61,506 bases of DNA from an uncultured Acidimicrobiia bacterium (GCA_964195545.1 CAXMQQ010000009.1:1-61506); one strand, 5' to 3'; positions 26,411 to 36,118 are shown, counted from the stretch's first letter. The notes: a model not told the origin generated them from the sequence alone. Numbers and translations: made by a program.

Positions 26411-28129
26411 ATGCAGGTCTCTGCACCTATCGGATCGACGCGGGATCGAGTCAGTGTTCCGTGGTACGTCAGTGCCACGTTCGCTCTGCTCGCCGTTGTG
26501 GCTGGAATCGTCGCGTTCGGGAGTCCGGACATGGCTCACAACGTTGCGCCGATCGGGATACTGATCGGCAACGTCGTTGCCGGGATCGTGTTCATACGTC
26601 GATCTATCCGTCTGGAGCGCGCTGAGCGGCGAGCTTGGAGGCTGGTCGGCATTGGCCTGATCATCGCAGCCTCCGGGATCGTTGTGGTCGCGATGCAGTT
26701 GGCCATCGTCGGTGATGCACCCACATTCGGCTTCACCGACCTGTTCTTCATCGGCGGGTACGCACTCATCCTCGTCGGTTTCGCATCGCTTCCGCACACC
26801 GCCGGCGATTCGTTGCAGCGTACGCGGGTGGCGTTCGACGGAATCATCGGAGCGATCTCTGTCGGTGCTCTCCTGTGGGTGTTCGCTCTCGACCGAATCG
26901 TTGTGGGCCTCGAAGATGCATCTCTCGGTGATCGGGTCTTCGGCTCGATGTATCCGCTGATCGATCTCGCAGTCGTTGTCATCATCATGATCGTGACGGT
27001 GCGTCGATCCAGCCATCGATTCGATCTACGGATGCTGCTGTTCACCGGTGCTGTCCTCCTCCAGTCCATCGCCGACGTGAGCTATTTGGTCGAGGGCGTC
27101 GGCCAGAGTTTCACCGAGGCGAAACCACTGTTCGTGGTCTACTTGGCGGCTGCTGCCCTGTTCCTTGCAACAGCGCTTGTTGTTGACCGGGTGCCGCCCC
27201 CGAGAGAGTATGCGGACCGGCGGCTCCCGCTCTGGTCCGTCCTCGCACCGTACTCCGCGGCGGCGATCATGGTCGGTGTACTGGTGTTCCGGCTGTGGGA
27301 TACGGACCTCGACCAGGGCGATCGCGTCCTTCTCGTCGCGACCCTGATCGTTGCAGTGCTTGTAATCGGTCGCCAAGGCATCGCTATTCGAGAGAATCGA
27401 AAGATCGTTGAGCAGCAACGATCCGATCTTGTGTCTTCGATCTCCCACGAGCTCAGGACACCGCTCACTGCCATGGTTGGCTTCGTCGCCGTGCTCCGGG
27501 AGGATCCGAAGCTCCACCTAGAAGAACGAGTCGAGATGATCGACGTGGTGGCGGAACAGGGATCCCACCTCGAGAGGATCGTTGAGGACCTCTTGGTCCT
27601 GGCTCATGACGAACCGAGCCGGATCGGACTCACGACCGCAGAACATCCCATCGGTCCGATCGTCGAGAGCGCGATTCGGACCGCTGGATACGAACCGCCG
27701 TATGTAACGACTGAGGTCGAACCCGGACTCACGGCAGTCGTCGATGGCGGGCGTATCGTTCAGATCCTCGTCAACCTCCTCTCCAATGCGCAACGATACG
27801 GCGGAGATAGGTGCCTGATTGTCGCAAAGGAGGAGAGCACCCGGTTGGTCATTGAGGTTCACGACTCAGGGCCCGGCGTCCCGAAGAAGTACGAACTGAC
27901 GATCTGGGAGCGGTTCGAACGCGGTCCGAACCGCTACAACGCAAGCATCCCTGGATCAGGCATCGGCCTGGCGATGGTCCGCACAATCGCAGCGGCTCAC
28001 GGCGGCCGGGTCGGCTACCGCGAGTCCGAGCGGCTCGGTGGAGCATGCTTCTCTATCGATCTCCCGGGCATCGTCGGCAAGATCGAGCCAAGCGTGATGG
28101 GGTCGTCCACGACAATGGCGATTGGCTAG
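26411..28129 (+). CDS. Sensor histidine kinase with a ~330-aa polytopic membrane input domain
   Basis: I count about ten hydrophobic segments with short loops by eye. An H-box follows (SISHELRTPLTAMVGFVAVL), then an HATPase domain (NLLSNAQRYGG...DSGPGVP...GSGIGLAMVR). There is no receiver domain and no response regulator nearby. Confidence 0.85.
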   Translation: MQVSAPIGSTRDRVSVPWYVSATFALLAVVAGIVAFGSPDMAHNVAPIGILIGNVVAGIVFIRRSIRLERAERRAWRLVGIGLIIAASGIVVVAMQLAIVGDAPTFGFTDLFFIGGYALILVGFASLPHTAGDSLQRTRVAFDGIIGAISVGALLWVFALDRIVVGLEDASLGDRVFGSMYPLIDLAVVVIIMIVTVRRSSHRFDLRMLLFTGAVLLQSIADVSYLVEGVGQSFTEAKPLFVVYLAAAALFLATALVVDRVPPPREYADRRLPLWSVLAPYSAAAIMVGVLVFRLWDTDLDQGDRVLLVATLIVAVLVIGRQGIAIRENRKIVEQQRSDLVSSISHELRTPLTAMVGFVAVLREDPKLHLEERVEMIDVVAEQGSHLERIVEDLLVLAHDEPSRIGLTTAEHPIGPIVESAIRTAGYEPPYVTTEVEPGLTAVVDGGRIVQILVNLLSNAQRYGGDRCLIVAKEESTRLVIEVHDSGPGVPKKYELTIWERFERGPNRYNASIPGSGIGLAMVRTIAAAHGGRVGYRESERLGGACFSIDLPGIVGKIEPSVMGSSTTMAIG

Positions 28130-28187
28130 ACGGCTCCACCATCGGTAGTCGGTATCCGGTGAAGACTGCACTTGTACTGCTTGCTGC

Positions 28188-28211
28188 TCATAGCTCATAG
28201 CTCATAGCTCG
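28188..28211 (+). repeat. Tandem heptamer array (CTCATAG)3
   Basis: Read directly in the convergent spacer between the kinase stop (28129) and the clpB stop (28218). The word GCTCATAGCTCG recurs at 33164-33175. Confidence 0.95.
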
Positions 28212-28217
28212 CCCCTG

Positions 28218-30797
28218 TCACCCCTCAATTCTGTGGAAACCCAGGGCATCACCGTCCGCCACCACCTCGATCGTGTCTCCGTCGCGGAAGGTTCCGTCCA
28301 GGATCGCCAACGCGAGAGGATCGCCGATCGCCGTCTGGAGAAGACGCTTGAGGGGGCGTGCCCCGTACACGGCGTCGTAGCCGTGCTCCGTCAACCAGTC
28401 AGCGGCTCCGTCCGTGAGCTCGAGGCCAATACGTCGATCGGCGAGACGCGCCGCGAGTCCGGCGAACTGGATGGTCGCGATCTTCCTGAGATCATCCTTC
28501 GTGAGCCGATGGAACACGATCACGTCGTCGATCCGGTTCAGGAACTCGGGACGGAAGTGGGCCTTCACGGATTCCATCACGCGGGCTTCGATGAGATCCT
28601 CCGGGAGCTCTGGATCGATGAACTCAGACCCTAGATTCGATGTCATGATCAGCACCGTGTTCGAGAAATCGACGGTGCGGCCTCGTCCGTCCGTCAATCT
28701 TCCGTCGTCGAGCAATTGGAGGAGGACGTTGAACACGTCCGGGTGGGCCTTCTCGACCTCGTCGAGGAGGATCACGGAGTAGGGTCGACGGCGTACCGCT
28801 TCGGTCAACTGGCCACCTTCGTCGTACCCCACGTAGCCTGGGGGTGCACCGATCAGACGGCTCACCGAGTGCTTCTCCATGTATTCCGACATGTCGATTC
28901 GCACCATGGCTCGCTCGTCGTCGAACAGGAAGCCCGCGAGGGCACGGGCGAGTTCGGTCTTGCCGACACCCGTAGGTCCGAGGAAGAGGAACGAGCCGAT
29001 CGGGCGATTCGGATCTGAGAGTCCGGCACGGGAGCGCCGGATGGCGTTCGCTACAGACTCAACTGCGTCGTTCTGACCGACGACCCGTTCGTGGAGATGC
29101 TCTTCGAGGCGGACGAGTTTGTGAACCTCACCCTCCATCAGCTTCGCCACCGGAATCCCGGTCCAACGACTCACCACTTCGGCAACGTCTTCTTCGTCCA
29201 CTTCCTCTTTCAGCATCTTGGTGGTCGACTGAAGCCCCTCGAGCTCCGTCTGGCGATCCGCGAGGTCGCTCTCGAAGGACGGAAGGGATCCGTAACGGAG
29301 TTCGGCAGCCTGTTGCAGGTCACCGTCCCGCTCCGCTCGATCAGCAACCGCACGGGTCTCTTCGATGTCGTGCTTCACAGAACGAATGCCGTCGATCGCA
29401 TCCTTCTCCGACTGCCAGTGAGCCGAGAGCTCGTCGAGGTCTTCAGCCAGATCAGCGAGCTCCTGCTCGATCGTTGCGAGTCGCTCCATCGAAGCTGTAT
29501 CGGTCTCTTTGGCGAGCGCTTGGCGTTCGATCTCGAGCTGCCTGCGTCGTCGGGTCAGTTCGTCGATCTCCTCCGGCATGGAGTCGATCTCGATTCGGAG
29601 ATGCGAGGCAGATTCGTCGACGAGGTCGATCGCCTTGTCGGGGAGGAGGCGACCGGTGATGTACCTATCAGAGAGCACAGCAGCCGCGACCAGAGACGCG
29701 TCGGTGATACGAACGCCGTGATGGACTTCGTAGCGTTCTTTGAGGCCACGGAGTATCCCGATGGTCTCCTCCACCGTAGGTGGTTCAACCAGGATGGGCT
29801 GGAATCGACGTTCGAGTGCCGGGTCCTTCTCGATGTACTTCCGGAACTCGTCGAGGGTTGTCGCTCCGATCATCCGTAGTTCGCCGCGGGCGAGCATCGG
29901 CTTCAGCATGTTGGAGGCGTCCATCGAGCCTTCGGAGGCGCCGGCTCCCACGATGGTGTGCATCTCGTCGATGAACGTGACGACGCGTCCTTCGGCAGCC
30001 TCGATTTCGTTCAGAACCGCCTGAAGTCGCTCCTCGAATTCGCCCCGGTACTTGGCGCCGGCAACGAGTGTTCCCATGTCGAGGCCGACGATCCGCTTGT
30101 TCTTCAGGCCTTCGGGGACGTCACCTTCGATGATCCGTTGGGCTAGACCTTCAACGATGGCGGTCTTGCCAACACCGGCTTCACCGATGAGCACAGGGTT
30201 GTTCTTCGTCCGGCGTGACAGCACCTGGATCGTGCGGCGGATCTCCTCGTCTCGACCGATCACCGGATCGAGTTTGCCCTGCTTGGCGAGTTCGGTGAGG
30301 TCGCGCCCGTACTTCTCGAGCGGCGCGAACGTGTCCTCGGGGTTCTGCGATGTGATCCGCTGGCTGCCGCGAACCTCGGTGAGTGCTCCAAGGATCGCAT
30401 CCTTCGTGACACCTGCCCGGCGCAAGATGGCGCCGGTCGATCCGGCGGAAACGGAGAGAGCCAACAGCAGGTGCTCGACCGAGATGTAGTCATCCTTGAG
30501 AGCCCGGCGTTCGTTCTCGGCTCCCTCGAATACGGCAAGCGACTCCGGGGAGAAGGAGGCCTCGCTTCCACCGACGATGGTGGGGATCGCTGCGAGAGTC
30601 CGCTCAACCGGGCGGGTGATGTCCGTCGCGTGAATGTCGAGTTTCGCAAGGAGGGGGTAGATGAGTCCGTGGGTCTGGGCGAGGAGACCCGCGAGCAAGT
30701 GTTCGGGTTCCACATACGGTTGGGTACGCTGAGTCGCGAGGTCACGTGCGGAGAGGACGGCCTGTTGCGATTTCTGTGTGAAGGCGTTGAAGTCCAT
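28218..30797 (-). CDS. clpB: ATP-dependent chaperone/disaggregase ClpB
   Basis: 859 aa with a Clp N-domain, two AAA+ modules (Walker A GEAGVGKT and GPTGVGKT) and a long middle coiled-coil. Confidence 0.97.
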   Translation of the reverse strand: MDFNAFTQKSQQAVLSARDLATQRTQPYVEPEHLLAGLLAQTHGLIYPLLAKLDIHATDITRPVERTLAAIPTIVGGSEASFSPESLAVFEGAENERRALKDDYISVEHLLLALSVSAGSTGAILRRAGVTKDAILGALTEVRGSQRITSQNPEDTFAPLEKYGRDLTELAKQGKLDPVIGRDEEIRRTIQVLSRRTKNNPVLIGEAGVGKTAIVEGLAQRIIEGDVPEGLKNKRIVGLDMGTLVAGAKYRGEFEERLQAVLNEIEAAEGRVVTFIDEMHTIVGAGASEGSMDASNMLKPMLARGELRMIGATTLDEFRKYIEKDPALERRFQPILVEPPTVEETIGILRGLKERYEVHHGVRITDASLVAAAVLSDRYITGRLLPDKAIDLVDESASHLRIEIDSMPEEIDELTRRRRQLEIERQALAKETDTASMERLATIEQELADLAEDLDELSAHWQSEKDAIDGIRSVKHDIEETRAVADRAERDGDLQQAAELRYGSLPSFESDLADRQTELEGLQSTTKMLKEEVDEEDVAEVVSRWTGIPVAKLMEGEVHKLVRLEEHLHERVVGQNDAVESVANAIRRSRAGLSDPNRPIGSFLFLGPTGVGKTELARALAGFLFDDERAMVRIDMSEYMEKHSVSRLIGAPPGYVGYDEGGQLTEAVRRRPYSVILLDEVEKAHPDVFNVLLQLLDDGRLTDGRGRTVDFSNTVLIMTSNLGSEFIDPELPEDLIEARVMESVKAHFRPEFLNRIDDVIVFHRLTKDDLRKIATIQFAGLAARLADRRIGLELTDGAADWLTEHGYDAVYGARPLKRLLQTAIGDPLALAILDGTFRDGDTIEVVADGDALGFHRIEG

Positions 30798-30869
30798 GAG
30801 GATCCGTTCTTCGTCGTTTGGAGTCTGTCAGTTGTTCAACACCAGAAATGATACACGTATGCCAGAAAA

Positions 30870-30890
30870 TTTGAGTCAATATATGTCAAG
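30870..30890. promoter_or_regulatory. HAIR-like inverted repeat (candidate HspR operator) upstream of clpB
   Basis: The minus strand reads CTTGACA-tatattg-ACTCAAA, against the HAIR consensus CTTGAGT-N7-ACTCAAG (11 of 14 matches). It lies 73-93 nt upstream of the clpB ATG in an unusually AT-rich spacer. Confidence 0.45.
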
Positions 30891-30911
30891 TTCAATACAG
30901 TGGGGTCTGTC

Positions 30912-31382
30912 ATGAGCTTCGTCGATCGAGGTGGCTGGTGGGTCGTTGCCCAACTCATCCTTTTTGGCCTGTATGCCCTTGCGATGCTCGGAACCGAGAG
31001 CATCACCGAAGGGATCGGCCTGGAGTTCGCCAGGGTCGTTGGCATCGCCATGGTGATCGTCGCCGTGGTCATCGGGGTCTGGTCGTTCGTCCTTCTCGGT
31101 CGGAATCTCACGATCTACCCGTATCCGGTTCATGAAGCCACGCTCACGGACCGTGGGCCGTATCGCCTGGTCCGGCACCCGATCTACCTGGCGGTCATCG
31201 TCGGTGGCGTCGGTCTGGGGCTTGCGTTGCTTAGCACGGCGGGCGTTCTCGTGGCGCTCGTGTTCATTCCCTTCTTCAGCGCGAAGACCGGATTCGAGGA
31301 GGACGGACTGGTCGAGCGCGTCCCCGGGTATCGCGAATACCGATCCACGATCCCATATCGGATCATCCCCTGGGTGATGTGA
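30912..31382 (+). CDS. Isoprenylcysteine carboxyl methyltransferase (ICMT)/phospholipid methyltransferase family membrane protein
   Basis: GPYRLVRHPIYLAVIVGGVG and EEDGLVERVPGYREYRSTIPYRIIP match the ICMT-family C-terminal motif. I prefer ATG 30912 to the track GTG 30900. Confidence 0.75.
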   Translation: MSFVDRGGWWVVAQLILFGLYALAMLGTESITEGIGLEFARVVGIAMVIVAVVIGVWSFVLLGRNLTIYPYPVHEATLTDRGPYRLVRHPIYLAVIVGGVGLGLALLSTAGVLVALVFIPFFSAKTGFEEDGLVERVPGYREYRSTIPYRIIPWVM

Positions 31383-31459
31383 GGCGCTCTCGTTCGGACC
31401 AATCGGAAATGGAAACGCGGGCTGCGGCGTTATCCAACGACCGAACAGGGAGTTCAATA

Positions 31460-31744
31460 GTGCCGAAAGCAGTATGGAACGGAGCCGTCCTCGCTGAGAG
31501 CGACGACATCGTGATGGTCGAGGGGAATCACTACTTCCCGCCATCGTCACTCAACAGGGAGTTCTTCGCTCCAAGTAACCAGAAGAGCCGGTGCCCGTGG
31601 AAGGGGTTGGCGGGGTACTACGACGTCACCGTGGGCGGCAGGACGAATCCCGGTGCCGCGTGGTTCTACGCCGAGCCGAAGGCGGGAGCGGAAGACATCA
31701 AGAACAGGGTCGCCTTCTGGCGAGGAGTTCGAGTCGAGGAGTAG
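31460..31744 (+). CDS. DUF427 domain protein
   Basis: AVWNGAVLAESDDIVMVEGNHYFPPSSL...CPWKGLAGYYDV...AWFYAEPK is the DUF427 pattern. GTG 31460 has GGGAG 9 nt upstream. The track start 31379 and ATG 31409 remain possible. Confidence 0.7.
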   Translation: MPKAVWNGAVLAESDDIVMVEGNHYFPPSSLNREFFAPSNQKSRCPWKGLAGYYDVTVGGRTNPGAAWFYAEPKAGAEDIKNRVAFWRGVRVEE

Positions 31745-31810
31745 GACCCTGCCGGCACCAGGCAGATTCGTCCGCAACGTTATCCTGGCGTTCCGCGACC
31801 ACGGAGCCCC

Positions 31811-32467
31811 ATGATTCCCATCCGCATCGTCGAGACCGAACGAGAGGGCTTTGACGAACCCGTCGTCGAACTCTGGATGGAGAACGAGTTCGTCGGGATG
31901 GTGTTCTGGGATGGCTCGGCGACGGTCGTCCAGGTCTACCCAGCCGGGGACGATGACGTTCACGACCTCGAATTGCGGGATCTCTTCCGTGCCCTCGAGA
32001 TGGCCGAGCGGATCGTCGATCCGTTGGCGTTCGATCAGGTGGAGGGACTCGTTCAGCTCGATGGAGGACGCGCTCAGGCGAAGCGGGAAGAGGTCGAGGA
32101 CGACTGGTCGGACGAGGATCCGTCAACGGTTGAGCTCCTTTCGGAGTTCGACCCGCTGGCCGCCTTCCGGTCAGAGGACGGTGAAGGATTCTTTCCGAAG
32201 GACGTCGCCGAGCGGTTCATCCGGCGTTGCGAGGAACTGCGACTCGCTGTGGTCGAGATGGAGGGCTTCGATCTCATCACGGGCGAACTGAAGGCTCGGC
32301 CCGGTCTCGAACTCGTGGTCCAGCCTCAGTCGATCATGTCGGCTGCCGAGTTCTGCTCGCACGCGAACGCCACAGCGCTCGACCACCTCACCGGGTGGCC
32401 CGTCCGAGACTCGTTCGTTGTTGCTTTCGTCGTCCAGCAGCAGAACGGCGAGACGATTGTGGCGTGA
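31811..32467 (+). CDS. Hypothetical acidic protein
   Basis: 218-aa ORF in the coding-like frame with no family recognised. The 7-bp hairpin ATCCAGC-ctc-GCTGGAT (32470-32486) follows the stop. Confidence 0.5.
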   Translation: MIPIRIVETEREGFDEPVVELWMENEFVGMVFWDGSATVVQVYPAGDDDVHDLELRDLFRALEMAERIVDPLAFDQVEGLVQLDGGRAQAKREEVEDDWSDEDPSTVELLSEFDPLAAFRSEDGEGFFPKDVAERFIRRCEELRLAVVEMEGFDLITGELKARPGLELVVQPQSIMSAAEFCSHANATALDHLTGWPVRDSFVVAFVVQQQNGETIVA

Positions 32468-32561
32468 GGATCCAGCCTCGCTGGATGCAGTCGGTACTCA
32501 ATGATCGGTTCTAGGCCAAGTAGCATTGCCGGAACGATCCGAATGAGGGAGATTCTCGTCG

Positions 32562-33071
32562 ATGTTTGACTACAAAGAATTGAAGGCCTACTGGTGGCTG
32601 TTCCTGGTCTCCGGACTCTTCAGTCTCTTCATCGGGGCTGCACTTGTGTTCTGGCCGGGCAAGACACTCACCGTGGTTGGTTGGCTCATTGGCCTCTGGA
32701 TGCTCTTCTTCGGCGTTCTCCGGGTCGTGATGGCTCTCTTCGGTGGCAAGGCAGACGGACGATGGATCGTCCTGGTCGTCGGCATCGTCGTGATGAAGAA
32801 CCCTGCCGAGACGATCGGGATCATCGCTCTCCTCGCAGCCATCTTCTGGATCATCAGTGGAATCATCGATGTGTTCCGTGCCTTTACGGACGGCGACATG
32901 CCGTCCCGAGGCTGGGTCATATTCGGCGGCATCGCGGCGATCGGGGCAGGTGCCGTCTTGCTGCTGTGGCCTGCAGCAACCGTCACTGTCCTCGCGATCA
33001 TCGCCGGGATCTTCTTCTTCATCGACGGTGTCATGCAGATCCTTGCCGGCTTCGAACTGAAGAAGGGCTGA
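32562..33071 (+). CDS. HdeD/DUF308 family membrane protein
   Basis: 169 aa with six hydrophobic segments and the repeated G..G...G...(L/F)WP pattern typical of DUF308. Confidence 0.75.
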   Translation: MFDYKELKAYWWLFLVSGLFSLFIGAALVFWPGKTLTVVGWLIGLWMLFFGVLRVVMALFGGKADGRWIVLVVGIVVMKNPAETIGIIALLAAIFWIISGIIDVFRAFTDGDMPSRGWVIFGGIAAIGAGAVLLLWPAATVTVLAIIAGIFFFIDGVMQILAGFELKKG

Positions 33072-33181
33072 TCCAGCGACGCTGAACGTAGTCCGTAGCC
33101 GGTAGTCGGGTTCCCCCGTCGCGGGGTGGGCGACGTGGAGCGTCAAGGACTGAGTGGGATCGTGCTCATAGCTCGGCGCCT

Positions 33182-34411
33182 CTACTCGGCTGGCTTGCCT
33201 TCTCCCGGCGGTCCGGACGCGGCTTCGCACCAATCGGCGTACCTGTTGGCACCCCAGGGGGCCGTGACACCGTGGAGGACCACGCTGAAGGCCACCGTGA
33301 CGATGATGGCACCGATAACGAGTTGGCTCTGCTCGAGGCCGGCTTCCTCGACGAGGACACCGGCGAAGATGATCGACGCGAGACCCCGCGGTCCGAACCA
33401 GCCGAGGTAGGTGAGCGTGGGTGCCTTGAGCCCTGTGCCGATCATCGAGATGGCAACCGGAATCATCCGCACGACGGTGAGGCTCAAAACGGCGTAGAAC
33501 ACCGTCGCCGTGGTAAAAGCGGCGAGATTCGGCGCCAGTAGGTACGCCCCAAAGATCAGGAACGATGTCATCGTGAGAACCGTCCCGAGGTCATTGCCGG
33601 TCTCTGCGAAGTGCTCCGAGGGTGTTTCGAGACGATTGACGATGCGGCCGAAGGTGATCCCGGCGAGGTAGGCCGCTATGAAGCCGCTGCCGCCGAGATG
33701 GTCGGCCACGATGTATGTTCCGAGTGCCACGATGATCCAGTCCATCCGGATCCACTCCGCTTCGATCCAGGATCGCTTCAACGCGAATTGAATGGCGTAG
33801 GCAGCGCCGATGCCCATGGCGAGCCCAACAAGCACGGCGATGCCGATGCCTTCGACGAAGAACCTCCACAAGGGGTCTCCCCCGTCGGCCAGGCTGAGAG
33901 CCATGAGGAAGAGCAGGATTGGGAGAGCGATGCCGTCGTTGAGTCCCGACTCGATGCCGAGTGCTTCGCGCAGTCTGGTTGGGACCCTCTGGTTTGAGAG
34001 CACGGCCGACCCGAGAGCTGCGTCGGTCGGGGCAAGGATCGTCGCGATGATGGCTGCTCCGATGACTCCGGTCGAAGGGAAGATGAGGTAGGCGGCGACT
34101 GTTCCGAAGACAATCGTCAGAGGCATTCCGATCGTGAGCAGTCTTGTTGGGAGGTCCATGTCGACTTCCCACGATCGGATTTGGATCTTCGAAGCGTCGG
34201 TGAACAGCAAGAGCGCCAGGGTGAGTTCGAGCACAAGAACGACCGGAGAATCGATCGTGGTGATCGGTGGTATGACCCCTGCTGCGTAGCCGATCAAGCC
34301 GAGCGTGGCGAAGAACAGGGGGCCGGAGATCGGTGATGACACAAGCCGTTTGGAGACAAGGCCGTAGGCGAGGAGTGTCGCGCCGATGTAGATGATGGCT
34401 CCGATATCCAC
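33182..34411 (-). CDS. Na+/H+ (cation:proton) antiporter, CPA1/NhaP type
   Basis: Polytopic protein with GLNDGIALPILLFL and LGGSGFIAAYLAGI motifs. The real start is probably GTG 34411 (GGAGAG upstream, 29 nt after the upstream stop). The track start 34567 would overlap the upstream gene by 127 nt. Confidence 0.8.
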   Translation of the reverse strand: MDIGAIIYIGATLLAYGLVSKRLVSSPISGPLFFATLGLIGYAAGVIPPITTIDSPVVLVLELTLALLLFTDASKIQIRSWEVDMDLPTRLLTIGMPLTIVFGTVAAYLIFPSTGVIGAAIIATILAPTDAALGSAVLSNQRVPTRLREALGIESGLNDGIALPILLFLMALSLADGGDPLWRFFVEGIGIAVLVGLAMGIGAAYAIQFALKRSWIEAEWIRMDWIIVALGTYIVADHLGGSGFIAAYLAGITFGRIVNRLETPSEHFAETGNDLGTVLTMTSFLIFGAYLLAPNLAAFTTATVFYAVLSLTVVRMIPVAISMIGTGLKAPTLTYLGWFGPRGLASIIFAGVLVEEAGLEQSQLVIGAIIVTVAFSVVLHGVTAPWGANRYADWCEAASGPPGEGKPAE

Positions 34412-34440
34412 GGCTCTCCGCTCAGCAGTGGATTTGCACG

Positions 34441-35406
34441 TTAACGCCCAGACGTTCCGATCACGCGACCGAACGAGTCCTCGATCGCAGCCACGAGAGT
34501 GCCCTTGTGCATCCAGAGCAGCGTGGTGTGCCCTCCGCCGACCCGGCGAAGCTCGGACCCCGGCCAATGGGCGTGCAGTGCTCGTGTTGCGGCGGGCGGA
34601 ACGTATCCATCCGAGCGAGCCGCGACCATCACGGCACGCCGTGCGTGGGCCGGTGCGGGACGATCGAGCACCGACGCCCTGAGAAGCATCTCGCGGAGCC
34701 TGGGTGCGGCAGACGATTCTCCGCCGAGAGCGGCCCAGTCGATCCCACCGCGCAACGCACCGTCGAGATACACGGGCGCAGGCGAGTACGACGCGGCGAG
34801 TGGTGCCGTGGCAACCGGGAACGGCATCGTTGAACTCACCAAAGCGGCGATGTTCCCACCCATGGAGTATCCGGCAACGCCGGGAGTGAGACCCTCATCC
34901 CGAACGGTGGCGAGCAGTCCGCGTCCTTCGGTCACGGCCCCGATTCCCATTTGAAAGAAGTCGGCGACCGTTCGTATCGGCTGGCCATCGTGGTGCGCCG
35001 GGCGTCGGATTCCGTAGTAGGGGTTCTCGAGAACAAGGCTGGCGATGCCCCGCTGTGCGAGTCTCCTGGCGATAGCGAACCTCGCTCGCGAGTCGTGTTC
35101 GTTCCATGCCGCCATCAACACCACCATGCGGTCGGCTCCCCCTTCCGGCAGGATCCGGGTCACCGCACCATGCCGTGCATGTTCAGGCAGCGTCGCAACG
35201 GGACTCTCGAAGATTCCGACGGAGATACCGAATCCATCTTCTTCGGTGTTCGAAGTCCACTCGATCGCGATGGGGAGCGGATCCCCGGATGGCATGCCTG
35301 TGGCATCGATCGCTGATGGGTCGCCCCAGCCATCGGTGAAGAAGCGGAGCCGGTCTGGTCCACGGCTCACGATCGTCCCGCCGAGTTGGTCGATCGGGTG
35401 GATCAC
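34441..35406 (-). CDS. Alpha/beta hydrolase (ABHD18/DUF2048-like)
   Basis: 321 aa with the nucleophile elbow GYSMGG. The start overlaps the upstream stop as ATGA. Confidence 0.65.
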   Translation of the reverse strand: MIHPIDQLGGTIVSRGPDRLRFFTDGWGDPSAIDATGMPSGDPLPIAIEWTSNTEEDGFGISVGIFESPVATLPEHARHGAVTRILPEGGADRMVVLMAAWNEHDSRARFAIARRLAQRGIASLVLENPYYGIRRPAHHDGQPIRTVADFFQMGIGAVTEGRGLLATVRDEGLTPGVAGYSMGGNIAALVSSTMPFPVATAPLAASYSPAPVYLDGALRGGIDWAALGGESSAAPRLREMLLRASVLDRPAPAHARRAVMVAARSDGYVPPAATRALHAHWPGSELRRVGGGHTTLLWMHKGTLVAAIEDSFGRVIGTSGR

Positions 35407-36059
35407 GGATTCAGCGCTTCGATCACATCTTGGTAGAGACGCTGTTTGATCGTGCCGAGCGTCTCGGCATCCTTCCCCGAGTGCCGCTCGGCGATCTCGA
35501 TCGACATGGGCACCACGGCGTCCTCCGGCACGGCCCGATGAACGACGTGACGACTTGACGCCTCCCTTCCACCGAAGCGATCACCGGAGATGGCGAGGTC
35601 GTCAGACCACGGCGGCGGCACCTTTCGAGAGATCAACACCGTCATTCCGCGAGTGAACGGGATCCCAACGTCGACCGAGGGCAGCGCGAAGAATCCGCGG
35701 TCGGCTCGCATGACGCGGTAGTCGTGGGCGAGGGCGAGGAGGGCCCCCGCTGCGATGCAATGCCCGTTGATCGCAGCGACCGTAACGAACGGGGCAGCGA
35801 CGATCCGGGCAAGGAGATGGTCGACCATCGAGAGGAACGTCTGCAGGTCGTGCGCATCGAGGGTTTCCACGTATTGGAGAGACAATCCGGTCGAGAAGAA
35901 CCGGCCGGATCCTGTGGTGACCAGCGTTCGGGGGCCAGAGGTGGCGGTGACTTCGTCGACTACAGCGGTGAATCGTTCGACGAATCGTGGGTCGATGACG
36001 TTCTCATCGCGGTCAAGGGTCGCAATGAAGACGGATCCCCGTCGCTCGAGTTCGATCAT
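35403..36059 (-). CDS. Enoyl-CoA hydratase/isomerase (crotonase) family protein
   Basis: MIELERRGSVFIATLDRDENVIDPRF...GSGRFFSTGLSL...AAINGHCIAAGALLALAHDY is a crotonase fold. I chose ATG 36059 because the track start 36146 would overlap the divergent thioesterase gene. Confidence 0.8.
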   Translation of the reverse strand: MIELERRGSVFIATLDRDENVIDPRFVERFTAVVDEVTATSGPRTLVTTGSGRFFSTGLSLQYVETLDAHDLQTFLSMVDHLLARIVAAPFVTVAAINGHCIAAGALLALAHDYRVMRADRGFFALPSVDVGIPFTRGMTVLISRKVPPPWSDDLAISGDRFGGREASSRHVVHRAVPEDAVVPMSIEIAERHSGKDAETLGTIKQRLYQDVIEALNP

Positions 36060-36118
36060 CCACCACGCCGATCTGTCGTCGATCCGGTCACGCTCAGGCC
36101 GGGTACAGTCTGGCGCAT

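Noticed and set aside
34412-34567. Upstream part of the antiporter ORF, overlapping the hydrolase gene
   Set aside because: It would overlap the upstream same-strand gene by 127 nt and is Arg-rich. GTG 34411, preceded by GGAGAG, begins directly at the first TM segment.
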